Below are positions 26,861 to 41,000 of a stretch of DNA of 64,000 nt, in pieces; position 1 is the stretch's first letter, and the number at the start of each line of letters is the position of its first letter. Both the position numbers and the translations under genes were made by a program. The stretch is from Cycas panzhihuaensis (lineage: Eukaryota; Plantae; Cycadophyta): positions 159,781,741 to 159,845,740 of the forward strand of contig CM041465.1 of the NCBI GenBank assembly GCA_023213395.1, read 5' to 3'. The notes below the pieces were generated by a model. The model was not told the DNA's origin. It searched no databases and was given only the letters and a program-made list of their open reading frames with translations.

Positions 26861-29800
26861 TGTTAAAATATAATGCTTAATGTATATTTATTGTACACAT
26901 ATACTTCCTACCATTTATATACATTAAGATATGTGAGATACACATATATCCATGTTATCACTTTATTGAATGATGTAAAGGCTCATTATATTTGATAGGC
27001 TACTCATGAGATGATCTCATTATATATATATATATCTATATATATCTATATATATATATATATATATTCAACACTTATGAACTTGAGTAAAGAGAGAGGA
27101 GAACGATGTAAACCTTATGATCATAAGCAGAGTCTTAACTCTATCTTCTCTTATGGTTTTCCCCACATTAGATTTTCCATGTATATATCTTGGTGTCTAT
27201 CTTGTGGTAATCCTTGTACTTAGTGATGTATATTTTATATGTTTGACATTTGATATTCATGTTGATTAATTCATTAAGTGTACATACTCATGAGTTCATA
27301 TTTCTCCATTATCATTGCATTAATTATCTTATGGAATCAAAGCTAATCTCAATATTCCCCATATTTGATCATGGTATTAAAGTAATTTTAGTATGTATTT
27401 TGACATGATATGAGAGCCTATGGTTTTAAGATCTTATGTAGTAGTAGATAGCCTATTGAGCTTATGATAGGAGCTAGATATGAGGCATTTTTTAGTGAGC
27501 TAGAAGTATGCATATACCAATGTTACATGCAATAGATTATAAGGTAGGTGGAGCTAATCAAAGCCACATATAGAACAAATACAACAAGTATTAATGGTAT
27601 GTTGATATATTTAATTTATATAGACATTTATTTTAAGCATGTTAGCATCATATTTATGAGCATGTATGTGTTGAAAGCCATCCACATGATATTATATATT
27701 GTTCATAGTGAAGGCTTTTATGAATGTCCATTTAAAGGATTTGTTGTCACTTTTGAACCATTCTAGAGGCTTTTGTAAGCATCTCATAGGGAGATTCACT
27801 GCCAAAATAAAGTCAGTACACCATCAATCAACTGAAGTAGCAATAGGCCAGTACAACAACATATTGATGGGTATGACATAACATGTGTAAAATATATATT
27901 TTAGATAACAGGAAAGGTATGTAGTATATTAATTTATTGATTTAGTAATTATGAAAAATTACATATTTATGAGGGCAATTTTATTATAATAGCTAATATA
28001 GATAATTTACATATACATGAATGAATTTGATATATATGGCATGAATTATTTATGGGGTCTTGAAAAAGAATTTTATAACAACATAAGTTTTATATGGACA
28101 TGATTGTGATAACTTGATGAGTATGAAAAAATCATGACTATTTGTATTATGACTAAATGACAACATGGTGAATTTATATGGAATATATGTAATACAATTT
28201 ATTAAAGAGTTTAATTATATGATGACATACATGAAAATCTATTTAGTGGAATATGATTAATATTATATGGGCATATTATTATATGCTTAATATATTTAAA
28301 AGATGTTGTGACTAAATATGGAAACCAGTTATCTACCATACCCTATTACGGTGTTGATCAAAGATAGACGATAAACCCTCATGGCCCAACATTAGCTCTA
28401 TCACTCACCACTGTTTATAATAGATAGAGCCACTATAAATGCATCACCATAAAACCCTACATGGATAGAGTAATGGCTAGATGCCTGATCTCATCCTACC
28501 ACTAGGCCACCAACAAAACCCTCAATGGGAATAATGGATGAAAACTAGAGATCTGCCATGCCATCTAGTTTGGTGAGCTCTAGCCACATACACCCTATAT
28601 CACAGAGATGTTACATTGAATTGAAGATGCCTAGTTTAGATTATTAATTCCCTTATAATATGCTACCTACTGCTCATCCTCAAAACCACTGAATATAATT
28701 AGTTGAGATGCAGAATATACAGTCACCATAAAGAATAGTAAAAAGCACCCTCTATAGAGAATGAATGCATACAAATGAATGACTAGGAAGAACTTAATAA
28801 TATATGTCCAATAGATCACTATTGGTAATACATATAAATCTAGCTACAAAGAAATCTAGATCATGTTTAATGGAAGAATGCCCTTGTTGATATATACAAT
28901 CACCCTTAGATTCTAGCACAGTACTCAAATTAAATTATGGTACCAATTAATGCTTGAATTGACCTATGCTATGGATTGATGCCCAAAGATGTACTCTACT
29001 ACCCACGTATATTACAAACCTAAAAAAATAATAATGAAATATTTAGCTGGCTACCATAAGTAGAGATGATGATGTTTAACCATGATAAATATATATGCCC
29101 AAATTGCCATTGCTCAATAAGAATAAACCCTTCTATTCTTGTCAAATTCCATCCATATAATTATGGATGCATCATGTAGGCTCAATAACTATCAATTATA
29201 GTAGGGATTTTGATTTTTCTACAGATGATAATTATTTGTTATAGGAATCATTTTCTAAGGATTTTTCATAACCTAAAAAAATTTATATTTGGTTTGATAA
29301 ATTTAATTAAATTTCATAATCTTTTTAGATCTGATATAACCCCTGGTAGATTGGTTGCAAACCACATGGCAAATTCAAATGAGTAGGGGTTAAGCACTAA
29401 AGGGTCTAATTTAATTTTCAAAGGATCTTTCACTTTTTAAAGGGTTATTAACATATTTTACTACATAACTTCTCACTTATATATCAAAATCAAGTGCTAT
29501 TAGTTATGTGTTAGAAGGCAAACTTCAAGACAGTAAAAAAAAATGGTTGTATGATATGCTTTGGTTAGATGAAGATAAAGAAAATTAAGGGTAAAGATAA
29601 AGATGAATTTCATATCAAATTTTAAGAAAATTTTAGCTAAGTCTAATGTTTTCTATGGCTCCAAGCATGATGGTTAAGTTATTTTTTAGGAATGGTAGAT
29701 GAAATTTAAAGTTTGGTTTAAAATCAAGTATTTTAAGGCCTATTTATAATATTTTGAAGTCCACTTCAGTTGATAAAATTCATTAAGTTAGAAATATTTA

Positions 29801-31095
29801 ATGAATTTATGACATGAGATATCCTTGATATGCTAGTTTTTTATTTCCCCCTTGGCAACATCACATTTGGTTTAGTGGATGTCAAAACCCCTAATCAAAC
29901 ATGTAAATCACTTAGTTATTGAAACAAATTTTTTATAATGAAGAGAATATAGCTATTTTTTGGCACACCACACTAGTTGTTAATGTTATTCAACTAGATA
30001 TTGAGTATAATTTACCTTTTTATAATTAACTTGCCTTGGTTAGGTAGTTTGGCTTGTTCCCAGAGTTAGTTGTTCAAGATGTGATCTAGCTATTGACTTG
30101 GTCCAATTAATGCTACACTTACATAACACACTCAATTATGTTGTCCCTACAAGTAATTTGGAATGATGATGAACCATATATCTAAAGCAATTTCCTAGTG
30201 AACTAGATATTACAATGGTTAATTATCCATGCATTTTGATAGATGGCCATTATTTTATATAGACTTAGATATCACTTTGCCTGATTCTTGATTTGATGAA
30301 TGGTTAATAAAATGTTGATCATCCAACTTAATATTGATTAAAAGTAGCCATATAAGTGAAGATATAGAGATGTTCATGAAAACACTTTATATATATTAGA
30401 TTATATAGGTTAATACTTGATGGAGACATGCATATGGCTATAGGTTATTTATAGGTTACAGGTGATACTACATATAAGATACATGATATAATTATAGGTT
30501 ATAGGTTCTAGCATACAGGTTGAAGATATAAAGATTTAAAGACTTGAGATTAAGGGATGACAACATTAAATATTATGAGGGGGTGTTAAAACATAATGTT
30601 TAATGTATATTTGTTATACACATATATATATTGTTATTCATATGTATTGAGATATATTAGATATACACATATCCATGTTATCACTTTATTGGATGATATA
30701 AAGGATCATTATATTTGATAAGCTACTTGCGAGGTGATCTCACTATATATATGCATACTCACTACTTGTGAACTTGAGCAAGGAGAGAGGGGAAATATGT
30801 AAACCTTATGATCATAAGTGGAGTCCTAACTCCACCTTCTCTTATGGTTTTTTCCACACTAAGTTTTTCATATATACATCTTAGTGTCTATCTTATGGTG
30901 ATCCTTATGCTTGGTGGTGTATGTTTTATATGTTTGACATTTGATATTCATGTTGATTAATTCATTAAGTGCACATACTCATGAATTCATATTTCTCCAT
31001 TATCATTGCATTGATTATTTTATGGAATTAGAGATAATCTCAATATTCCCCATATTTTATCATGGTATTAGAGTAATTTTAGTATATATTTAATA
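26861..31095 (+). mobile_element. Non-autonomous, apparently non-coding LTR retroelement (LARD-like), element A
   Basis: LTRs 26861-27405 and 30584-31095. PBS-like tgatatgagagcc at 27406-27418. PPT atgaggggg at 30575-30583. TSD ttcaa/tttaa. Removing the element rebuilds copia-3 gag (..SKEV*NAL|KTTYKG..). No recognisable gag/pol in the 3.18 kb interior. Confidence 0.9.
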
Positions 31096-32602
31096 TTTAA
31101 AGCATTCTATACCTCCTTTGATATAGTCACCTCACTGAATATTAGGAAGATATGGTCTTTTAATGTATAGAAGATGAATGCTAAAGTTTCATTGTCTCTC
31201 TTTTCATTCTCCTTGAAGGTCTTCTTTTCATCTGCAGTAGCATTAAGATCAAATGTATAATATTTATTTTTAGTTAAATCCCATGTATCCTTTGACATAA
31301 GAATAAGCTTCATCCTATGACTCTAATCTAAGAAATTGGTACCATCAAACTTAGGTACCATTACGTTGCTTATACTAAAAGCCATGTTAAAGAAATTACC
31401 TTCAAATATACTTTTCTTTGAAAATAAAATGCTTTAATGAAGGACTAAAAATGCACTAATCAAAGTAATAAATAGGTAATCAAACATAAGCCAATTGCCT
31501 CCCTTTAACTTTGGGACAGAAAAAGGTGTCCCAATTGAGACTCAAAAGTTAGTATAACATAATACTCATAAACCAAAATAAAAACTTGAATATATTTGAC
31601 ATGTATGTTATCATAATACATATATTGATATGTATGTATACAAGCATATTTAACAACTTAATATATCATAATATTCATCAACCAAAAAGAAAACTTGAAT
31701 ATATTGACATATATATTATTAGTTTTCAAGGAGAAACAACCCATATTTTAAGCAATTAGGCTAGATAGTCTCATGTGCTTACTATCACATTAGTTAGCTT
31801 TCATTCTTGTGTGAATGAGCCCCTTACAGGTTTAGATTTATAGTTACAAATCCTATAACCTCTTCATCTCCATTTTCAATATTCAATATTTAAGAAATAC
31901 CTAACTTACTATTGTATGTAACTCCTCCATACTACAATAAAAAGTACTAAAATGATAATAATAATATATTATTTTTTGACAAAATTCCTAATTATGAGAC
32001 TAAACTCAAAAAAAAACTTCCTTTGATTAAATGGGAGATCCCTCAAGGGGTCAAAACCCATTCCCTAATATCTGATACCAAATATTAGATGTAGTATATG
32101 AAGGATGCCACATTTTAGATAAGATTAATTCAAGACAATAAGAGATAGATGATGAAAATATTTTCTTCTATATTACTTTAGAAAAGTATACATATAAAAT
32201 GCTCATGTATATTTGAGATCTCATAAAGTCAATAATCATGTGCTCTAAGTAGGATTGACACACATATCAAGATGCCCACTTTCACACATTTCATAGTGGA
32301 TATAATATAATAATCTAGAAATATTTGAGGGTTATATGAGGATGAAGAGGGGATCTTAGACAATCACCAATGAATTAGACATTAGTGTAATTTTTACATC
32401 CAATAGTAATATAAAAAAATTTAATGGAGCTAAAATCATAGATTTATAAAAATCTTGATTAAATGTCATAAGGAGATGAAAAGGAAATTAATATAATCAA
32501 AAGGGTGTATGCAATAATGAAGAAACGACAATTATAATGTTTCTATCGTGCATAATTAGAAAGGAGAAATGGATTAATATCATAAGTTGTATCTAACTAT
32601 TG

Positions 32603-32671
32603 ATATATACATACATACACACATACACACACACACATACATACACATATATATATAGACACACACACACA
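32603..32671. repeat. Compound (TACA)/(CA)/(TA) microsatellite
   Basis: Directly visible. Confidence 0.85.
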
Positions 32672-34048
32672 TCCCAAAGCACATTAATGTTATTTAAAAC
32701 TTAATCAACTATGATAATCTAAAAGATAAAGGAGAATGTGCATTGATACATGATGTTGTAACTTATAAAATATTTAAAATCACACATGCATATGTGCACA
32801 CACACATACACACATATATACCATTCCTTAATCATAAATAGAAGAGTTGGTTATATATAGAAGATGATGTTGTGAATATTATTAAAGATCAAACTTATAG
32901 GTACCAATTGATAAGTGACTAAAATGTATCTATATATGATTAATTTATGAAATAAAAGGATATGTTCTAAGAACAATCCAATCAATTATGAATAATGGAA
33001 ATGCCTAGTAAATGCACCAATGAGATTTATTATAACAAGGCCTCACATGACTATTTAAGGCTAAGTTTTACAAAGAATGGTTGTTAAGCCTTATTTTCTT
33101 CCTTAAGAGATTATACTTTAGTACTCCTTATTGGTGTCTATTTATGCTCAAAGTACTCTCAAATAATCTAAGTTATAATTTGGTTTCCATTATTAATAAA
33201 ATTGAATCTTAACTATCATATTTCCTATTTTTTATAATTGAAGTTAAAGGACCATTGGGTTTGGTGCATCCCAAGTGGGATAAGAGATTGATTTAGAATC
33301 CAATATGAGTAGCAAGAAAAAATGAAGGAAGTTGAAAAAAAAAGAAACTTTTTTTACATTAATATATCACTAGAAACCCTCCATTATAGTTTCTATTTTA
33401 TTCAAGGTTCTGTTCAATTTTATCTTGAGTTAGTCAAGCTTTAAGTAGGAAATAATCAAGCCCCACCCATTCCCTCCCCTTTTCTTAATGGTCAGGTTAA
33501 GACCTTATGTTAGGGATCTTTAAATATCATAGGGATCTATTGCTACTGAGTTAAGTATACATGGCCATATAGTCATGCATGAAGTGAAGTAGTATAATAA
33601 TGCTTACATAAATTTTAGATAGAACCCAACTATGGACGTGAGTCTCCATGTGCCTTTGATTATATTGGAGGACACTTACAAGTTCCCCTTACTAAACTAG
33701 ATTAGGAAACTTGTCAGTTTTTTGTCCTTTTGTAGCACATGACTTAGCAATTAGTGCCTAAAAGTTACCTTTCATAAATACCTTGCATAGTTGTTGACCC
33801 TATGGGTATAAATATTCCTCTATAGATAGTGCCCTAAGATATTATGCTAAGTAATAATATCAACAAAAAAATTTATCGAAGAGCTTATAAAGCCAAATAA
33901 TCCTCTACCAGTGTTTTATAGGCTCCCTTTATTCATCTCTACAACATCCATTATAAAAGTATTTATTACAAAAATCCTATGATTGTTGTGCTTCCATATG
34001 TATTGTTAGTAACTACAATGAACTATAGATTGGAAGACTACTAAGAAT

Positions 34049-34061
34049 ATATGTATGTATA

Positions 34062-34125
<64 letters not shown>

Positions 34126-34411
34126 TAGATATATATATATATAATATTTCAAAGCACATCACTTTAGTAATAAGACTACAAGTATGAATAGGCACCACTT
34201 CCAAAAGTAATAATATCAAGGTATCAAATCTATATAGTTTAGCTCCTAAGAATCAAAGAAGTTGAAAATTCACATAATCCAGAATCCAATATTACATTAT
34301 TGTCTAAACCTTTAATATAATCTATCATATTCAAGCCCATATCAAAGTTAATATTTAGTCCAATCCAATTTACTCATTGAGTCAATCTAATTTACCTCCC
34401 TAAGCATCTTC

Positions 34412-34454
<43 letters not shown>
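34049..34454. repeat. Short (TA)n (34049-34143) and (TA)n(GA)n (34412-34454) microsatellites
   Basis: Directly visible. Confidence 0.95.
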
Positions 34455-37400
34455 CATGTAGGGTAACCTTACTAAATACTTATCTAATTTAGATGAAACC
34501 TACATGATTTGACTAAAAAAAAAACTTTAAATATGACTATTAAAATTCATACATTCTATTTTGATTAGTGCGCTGCATTGATCAATCTCTACTAAGTTTT
34601 TAGAGTAAAATTTGGGGTATAATGATATCTAGGTTCCCCATGGTCCTTGCCATAAAAAATTTATCCATAGACCTCACCTACCTTATTTCAAAGAGCTTTT
34701 TACACTTGTCTAAGTATAGTAGGTGATATTATTTATTATTTTTGGCACCCAATAGGTTATAAACACCCCTTCTGCCTTATTCCCCTCCTTGTTTATATAA
34801 TTTTCCACTTCTATGTAACTCCTTCTTTCTATCTTTTTGTCTCTTCTTACTCTTTCTTCATTTGTTTAAATTTGGATTCAACTCCCATGACACCCATATA
34901 GTCAGGTCACATCTAAGATGTAGAAACTCACTTTGAAAAATTGTCAACTAAACTAGAGACACTTAACAATGAAGTTTAGTGATAATTGATTTAGAGGCAC
35001 TTTATAATGAAGTCACAAGAATGAAACAATAATTGAAGCAAGAAATTTAGGAAACCAACCAAATTCTCAAAGATAGTCTTAACCAAACCTTAAGCAATAT
35101 ACTCTTCATCATCAAATCAAATGTAGGTCCATCCACCTCTTGTACCCCCTCCACCAATCTAATATGTATTTAATAATATAGGATCCATTCATCTACTTTG
35201 GCAACATCTAATCATAAGTTTATAGTACTAATATTTGATCTAGATCTTAATAGGGACTGTAATAGAAGCTATATTAGCAAGTTAGAATCACCCTTCTCCC
35301 TAAATCCCATGTCATTGGCAAAATATTTGATATTTACATCAATCCATTCAGATGGAAAGATATATCATTGGTTTCAATAGTGGCAAAGGGAGAACCCAGT
35401 ACACCAAATATGGGAATTTTTTTTAAAGGATTCCTCAAATAATATGATGACACATGGAATAGTTTTTTCTTTAGTCAACTCACCAGGTTAAAATAAACCA
35501 CATTAGTAGAAGCATATATTGATGAGTTCTAGACATTTTAAATCTAGTTACTTAATAACCCAATCATCATACCCTAGTTGATATTTATATTTTAGGGATT
35601 AAGGAGCATATCTAAATATGTTTAAAAATTAGCACCTTTTACTCCTTAAAGGACATCATCTAGATTACTAAAGTAGTTGAAAAGGAGTTTATTGTAGAAT
35701 ATCCCCCTACCTTTAGGTGAGAGTTTAATTGGTATCAATATCCCTACTTTCTAGATTAATAATAGCATCACCCTTGACTAAAAAACTCATCACCCTTAAG
35801 TAAACTCTACTATAGGATCTATTCATGTCCTATCTACATAAGTAAATCATTGACTAAAGGCTAACCTATATGTCAAATATTTAGAAAAATAGATCTCAGG
35901 CTATACTAAGGTATGTAAGAAAAGGTAAATAATTTTCACAATTGAACCAGACCTAGAAGATGATTTTTAAATTGAGTAAGATCTTAAGCATGATGATGAG
36001 CCCCCGTAAGATTTATCACCACCTAATCCCACAACAAAATTTACCTATCTACTACTTCCTCTCCTTCCTATGTAGAACCACTCCAGGTGAAAGGAACCCT
36101 TTAAAAAATAACCATTTCAATATTGATCAATGGTGATGTATATTTAAATTTCATTTTTATCTCCATATCTCATCAATTAAACCTTTAAATTATTCCCAAA
36201 ATTGGATTTACTTTTTCTTTACCTAGATACCAAATATTGTATTAAGCTAATATAATAAAAAACCTTCAAGTTTAAATTGGCACTTATTAACTCACTTTAT
36301 ATTTTTGTGCCTTATTAATAAGATAATTCAATGCCATTCTTGGACTAAAATAGATCCAAACTCTAGAAACATATAGTATGACTAATTCCCTTAGAAATCC
36401 TATTAGTTTATTCAAAAACCACATGGGTTAAATACATAAACTATATAACATCCAATCCCCCCCTAATTGAGTCATATCTCCAAAGTAAATACACATGTAT
36501 TTGAATAACAATATTAAATATATTATTAGAATTGACAATATCCAAACCAATGGTAACATTCACCTATATATCTATAACCTTCTTCATAAATACTAATATG
36601 TATTTGCTCCACTTCCTGTAAACACTCCCCCTGGATTATGGTCTCTAGCACTTCATCGACCTAAAAAACCATCATAATCCTATCAAACTTCACCTACATA
36701 GAAATTTACATTTTTAAAAGAATAAAATTAAGAAAATCACAAATGAGTTAATGGACTTGGGTATCATCTATCCTAATAAAAGCCCCTACACTACATTTAT
36801 TATTAGGGTTACGAAAAAAGATGGATCTTTTTACCTTTATGTTGATTATCATGAACTCAATAAGATCACAATCAAGAATAAATTTTCTACACCTTAAATC
36901 GATGATATACTTGATGATATACATAGGGCCATAATTTTCTCTAAGCCAAACCTTTAATCTCAATACTATTGAATTTATATAACCCCAAAAGATCATCCTA
37001 AAACTACTTTCCATATACATCGTGGGTATTTTAAATTTTAATTAATAACTTTTGATCTTTATAATATTCTAGGCCTTGATAAATAAAATATTTGTACCAT
37101 ATATTTAAAAACTTATCATTAGTTTTTTTGATAACATATTAGTATATAACCTAAATTTACAAACTCATATCCAACATTTAGACTATAATTAAAATCCTTA
37201 ATCATCATAAACTCTATGACAAATTATCCAAATGCAAGTTAAAAAAAACTAAGATTCATTATTTAGACCATATCATTTCATCAAATAGAGTTTGAGTTGA
37301 CCCAAATAATGTTTATGTTATCATTGCCTAGATAAAACCTAAAAATCTCATCCAACTCTAATCTTTCTTAGGTCTCATAGGGTTCTATCATAGGTTTATC

Positions 37401-38012
37401 TAAAATTATGCTTCTATTACTACACTGCTATAAACCTACTCCAAAAGGATTCTTTCTATGGTCTTTAGAGGTAGACCTAGCCTTTAATAACCTTAAAGCT
37501 ATCATGACTTCTACCCATGTTTTGGCTACCCCTAATTTCTTATAGTCCTTCTAATTAGAATGCGATGCCTTAGTTTTTGGTTTAGGTGTCATTTTAATAT
37601 AACACTTTCATCCTATAGCATGTTAAAGTATGAAACTTGAAGATCATAAATGTTACTTCTTCACATATCAAAAGTAGATGAAAGTTATCTTATACACTAT
37701 TGATAAGTGGTGCTAATAACTTTTGGGCTCTAAATCCACTATCTTGATTGACCATAATAGTCTTCACCACTTACTCAACTAATTAGCCCTCTTTAAAGAG
37801 CAAGTGAAATGGATTGATCACTTACAAGTTTTCTATTTTGAGATCTTATACAAGAAGGGAAAATAAAATGTTGTTGTTGATGCCCTCTCCCATCTTCCAA
37901 TAGAGGCTATTTCCATTAAACTAGTCATCCATATAATTTCCATGTCTAAACTATTATGGTTAGTAGACCTAATAATTACGAATAACATACAACTAGATTT
38001 TAACAAATAGGC

Positions 38013-41000
38013 TACTGAGAAAACTAGGTCCTAATAACCAGAAACTGCCACCAAGATCTAAAATATTTTGCAACTAACTATAGGAATTGAAACTAAAATT
38101 TAGCATGCAAGTTCTTAAACTAGAGATAATATAATAAATAAAATAGAAAGACAAATCATCATATATATACCAGATATAACGTGGTAAAACCCTAATAGTG
38201 TGCTATGGAAACATGCATACAAGAAAGGTATCAATCTTTATTATTCAAGAATGGAGAACTGTATATAATTTGTAGTAGAATGCTTACAACCACAATAACT
38301 AGCCACCTTACTCCTTACAATGCATCCAATATATTGAGTACCATTAACATAATGAAAAAATAATCAAAATCAGGCTATATGAGAGAGTCATATAAGGCAT
38401 AAATCTCGATCATCAAATCTAGGTTATTTTGAATAGACAACCCTAATTATCTTTATAATTTAGTATGTGTTATAGTGCTAGATTTTTGGGTCAGGGGTTA
38501 CCATCCCTGAATCCTTCAGGGGGGTGGGGGGGAGGGGGAGAAGGGCAGAGGGATTTTAGAACCCCCTGCACCTCCTAACTAAGGGAGGCTTCTGGCCCCT
38601 CTTAGATTCCCCCACAGAAGTTAAGGGGGGGAACTGCACTGCTAGCCTATCAAATATTTTGCCTTTAAAACATTGTTATCACATTATCTAATAATTTCCA
38701 CCTTGACAACAATTTACCTGATACCTTACCTGGAGCATTCATCACCTTTTTTTTAAACCAAGAGGTGTTAAGTACCATTTGAACTTCTCTTTTAGTACTT
38801 ATTTTGTGAGCATGTCAACATAATTCTATTTTGTTTTAAGCTTCTCAAGTACCACTCCACCTGCTTCCATAACCTATCTAACAAAATGGTACTTAAGAGT
38901 AATATGCTTTATCCTAATATGATAAGTTAGATTCATTGCTAAATAAATGGCACTTTAATTATCACAAAATACCTTTACCTTTTTCTATTTCCTTCCAAGC
39001 TCAACCAATAGACTGTGTAACTAGATTATTTTCTTACAAGCATGTGCTATAGTAACATATTCTATTTCTGTAGTTGATAATGCAATTACACTCTATAATT
39101 TTAACATTCAACAAAGCAGACCATTTATAAAAGTAAACACATAACTTGAAGTAGACCTTATCTTATCTAAATCACCTACAAAGTTTGAATCAACATATCT
39201 ATAAACTTAATTACCTATACCACCAAAGGTGATGCAATAGTCACTTATGCCCCTTAAATATTGAAGCATCTATTTCACTACTGTCTAATGTTCCTTTCCT
39301 AGATTTATGATAAACTTGTTAACTACACCTATTGTATGTGAAATCTCAGGTCTTGTATATACCATGACATATATCAAACTTCCTACTGCATTGGCATAAG
39401 GTATACGAGATATATAATCTTTTTCTTTTTTACTACTATGACTTATACTTGAAGAAAGCTTGAAATGGGAAGCCAATGAGGTACAAACTAGTTTCATATT
39501 TTTCATACTAAATCTGCTTAGTACCTTCTCTACATATTTCTGCTATGATAACTATAGCTTACTATTTTTCCTGTCTCTATGTATCTCCATGCTTAATATT
39601 TATTTTGTAGCTCCTAGATCCTTCATATCAAAAGTCCTAGCCAATTGAGCCTTTAACTTGTTGATTTCTTCCATACTCTTATTTGCAACTAACATGTCAT
39701 TAACATACAATACTAAGATAATAAATAATCTATTATCTAAGAATTTAAAGTAAACATAATGATCACACTCACTTATTTTAAAAAGTTAACTCTCTATAAA
39801 GGTATCAAACTTCTTATACCATTGCCTTGGTGATTTCTTTAGGCTATATAATGATTTCTTGAGCTTGCAAATAAGTCTTTTCCTCCCATCCTATATAAAC
39901 CCTTCTGGTTGATCCATATAGATCTCCTTATCTAAATCTCCATGCAGAAAAGTTATGTTTACATCTAGCTACTCTAACTCCAAATCAAGAGAAGCTACCA
40001 ATACTAACAGAACCTGAATTAGAATAAGTTTAATAACTAGTGAAAAAATCTTATGAAAATTAATACCTATTTTTTATGTAAAACCTTTAGCCACCAGTCT
40101 TGCCTTATATTTGTCAACCTTTCCATCAACATCTATTTTCTTCTTGAAACCCACATGTAACCAATAGTCTTCCTACCATGTGGAAGTTCTACTAAGTCCC
40201 ATGAATTATTTTTCTTTAAAGCATCTATCTCTTTCTATATAGCCCTCTTATACTTCTTACTATGGATATCATCTACTGCTTCCTAATAGTATGTAGGCTC
40301 ACCATCATTAGAAACCAAAGTAATGGAAATAGAAGGACTATATCTATTAGGTGGATGATTGACTTATGTAGATCTTCTAATAATTGGTGGAGGAGTATCC
40401 ATATACTCTTATAAATCTACTACAGATTCATCTTCAAAAATATCTTCCTGCATTTCTGTTTATAAAGATGGTTGGGTCTCAAGATTGACCTATTGATATT
40501 TAACTTTCTACTCTTATTTCACTTTAACTTCTATAATATCTAATTTTAAAAATAGATATTCATTAAATATAACATCTTTATTAATAGTGATTTGTAGGCA
40601 ATAGGATCCCACAACTTGTATCCCTTCACACCATCTTTATCACCATAACCAACAAAGATACATCTCTTAGATTCCAAGTCTAACTTTAAATATTAAATTT
40701 TATTAGTTAAGGCATAAGCATCATAACTAATAAATTTTAAATTTGAAAAGTCACATGGATGTTCAGTCCATACCTCTTCAACAAACTTATAATCTATTAC
40801 AAGTGATGATGACCTATTTACAAAATGACAAGTTGTCTAAATAGCTTCTGTCTATAAGCCCTACTCCACTCCTGTATTACTCAACATGCTTCTCACTCTT
40901 TCTAAGAGTATCCTATTCATGTGCTTCACTATGTCATTCTACTATGGAGTATAGCTAGTGGATTTATGCCTTTCGATCCTAACTTCTTTGCAATAGTTCT

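Larger units (their letters stand above)
22600..32404 (-). mobile_element. Ty1/copia of a second family (possibly Ivana-like), decayed, interrupted (copia-3)
   Basis: RNase H end (ED*ILGIFIKVLDKIKF..FKNKLGV) at ~22950-23030. PPT tatatgggagaaa then LTR start tgttagg at 22924 (rc). RT ~23400-24500, integrase ~24800-25500, protease ~25700-26020, gag 26140-26860 plus 31096-31385. PBS tctgatacca at 32070-32079. Outer boundaries are uncertain because the two LTR candidates do not align. Confidence 0.8.

Noticed and set aside
31558-31720. ~55-bp direct repeat in the copia-3 leader; also a 15-bp repeat at 53251/53469
   Set aside because: Ordinary short duplications in AT-rich TE leaders with no further structure.
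34150-34370. Possible LINE RNase H remnant (WTK/INFD) on the minus strand
   Set aside because: Only one short frameshifted motif; insufficient support.
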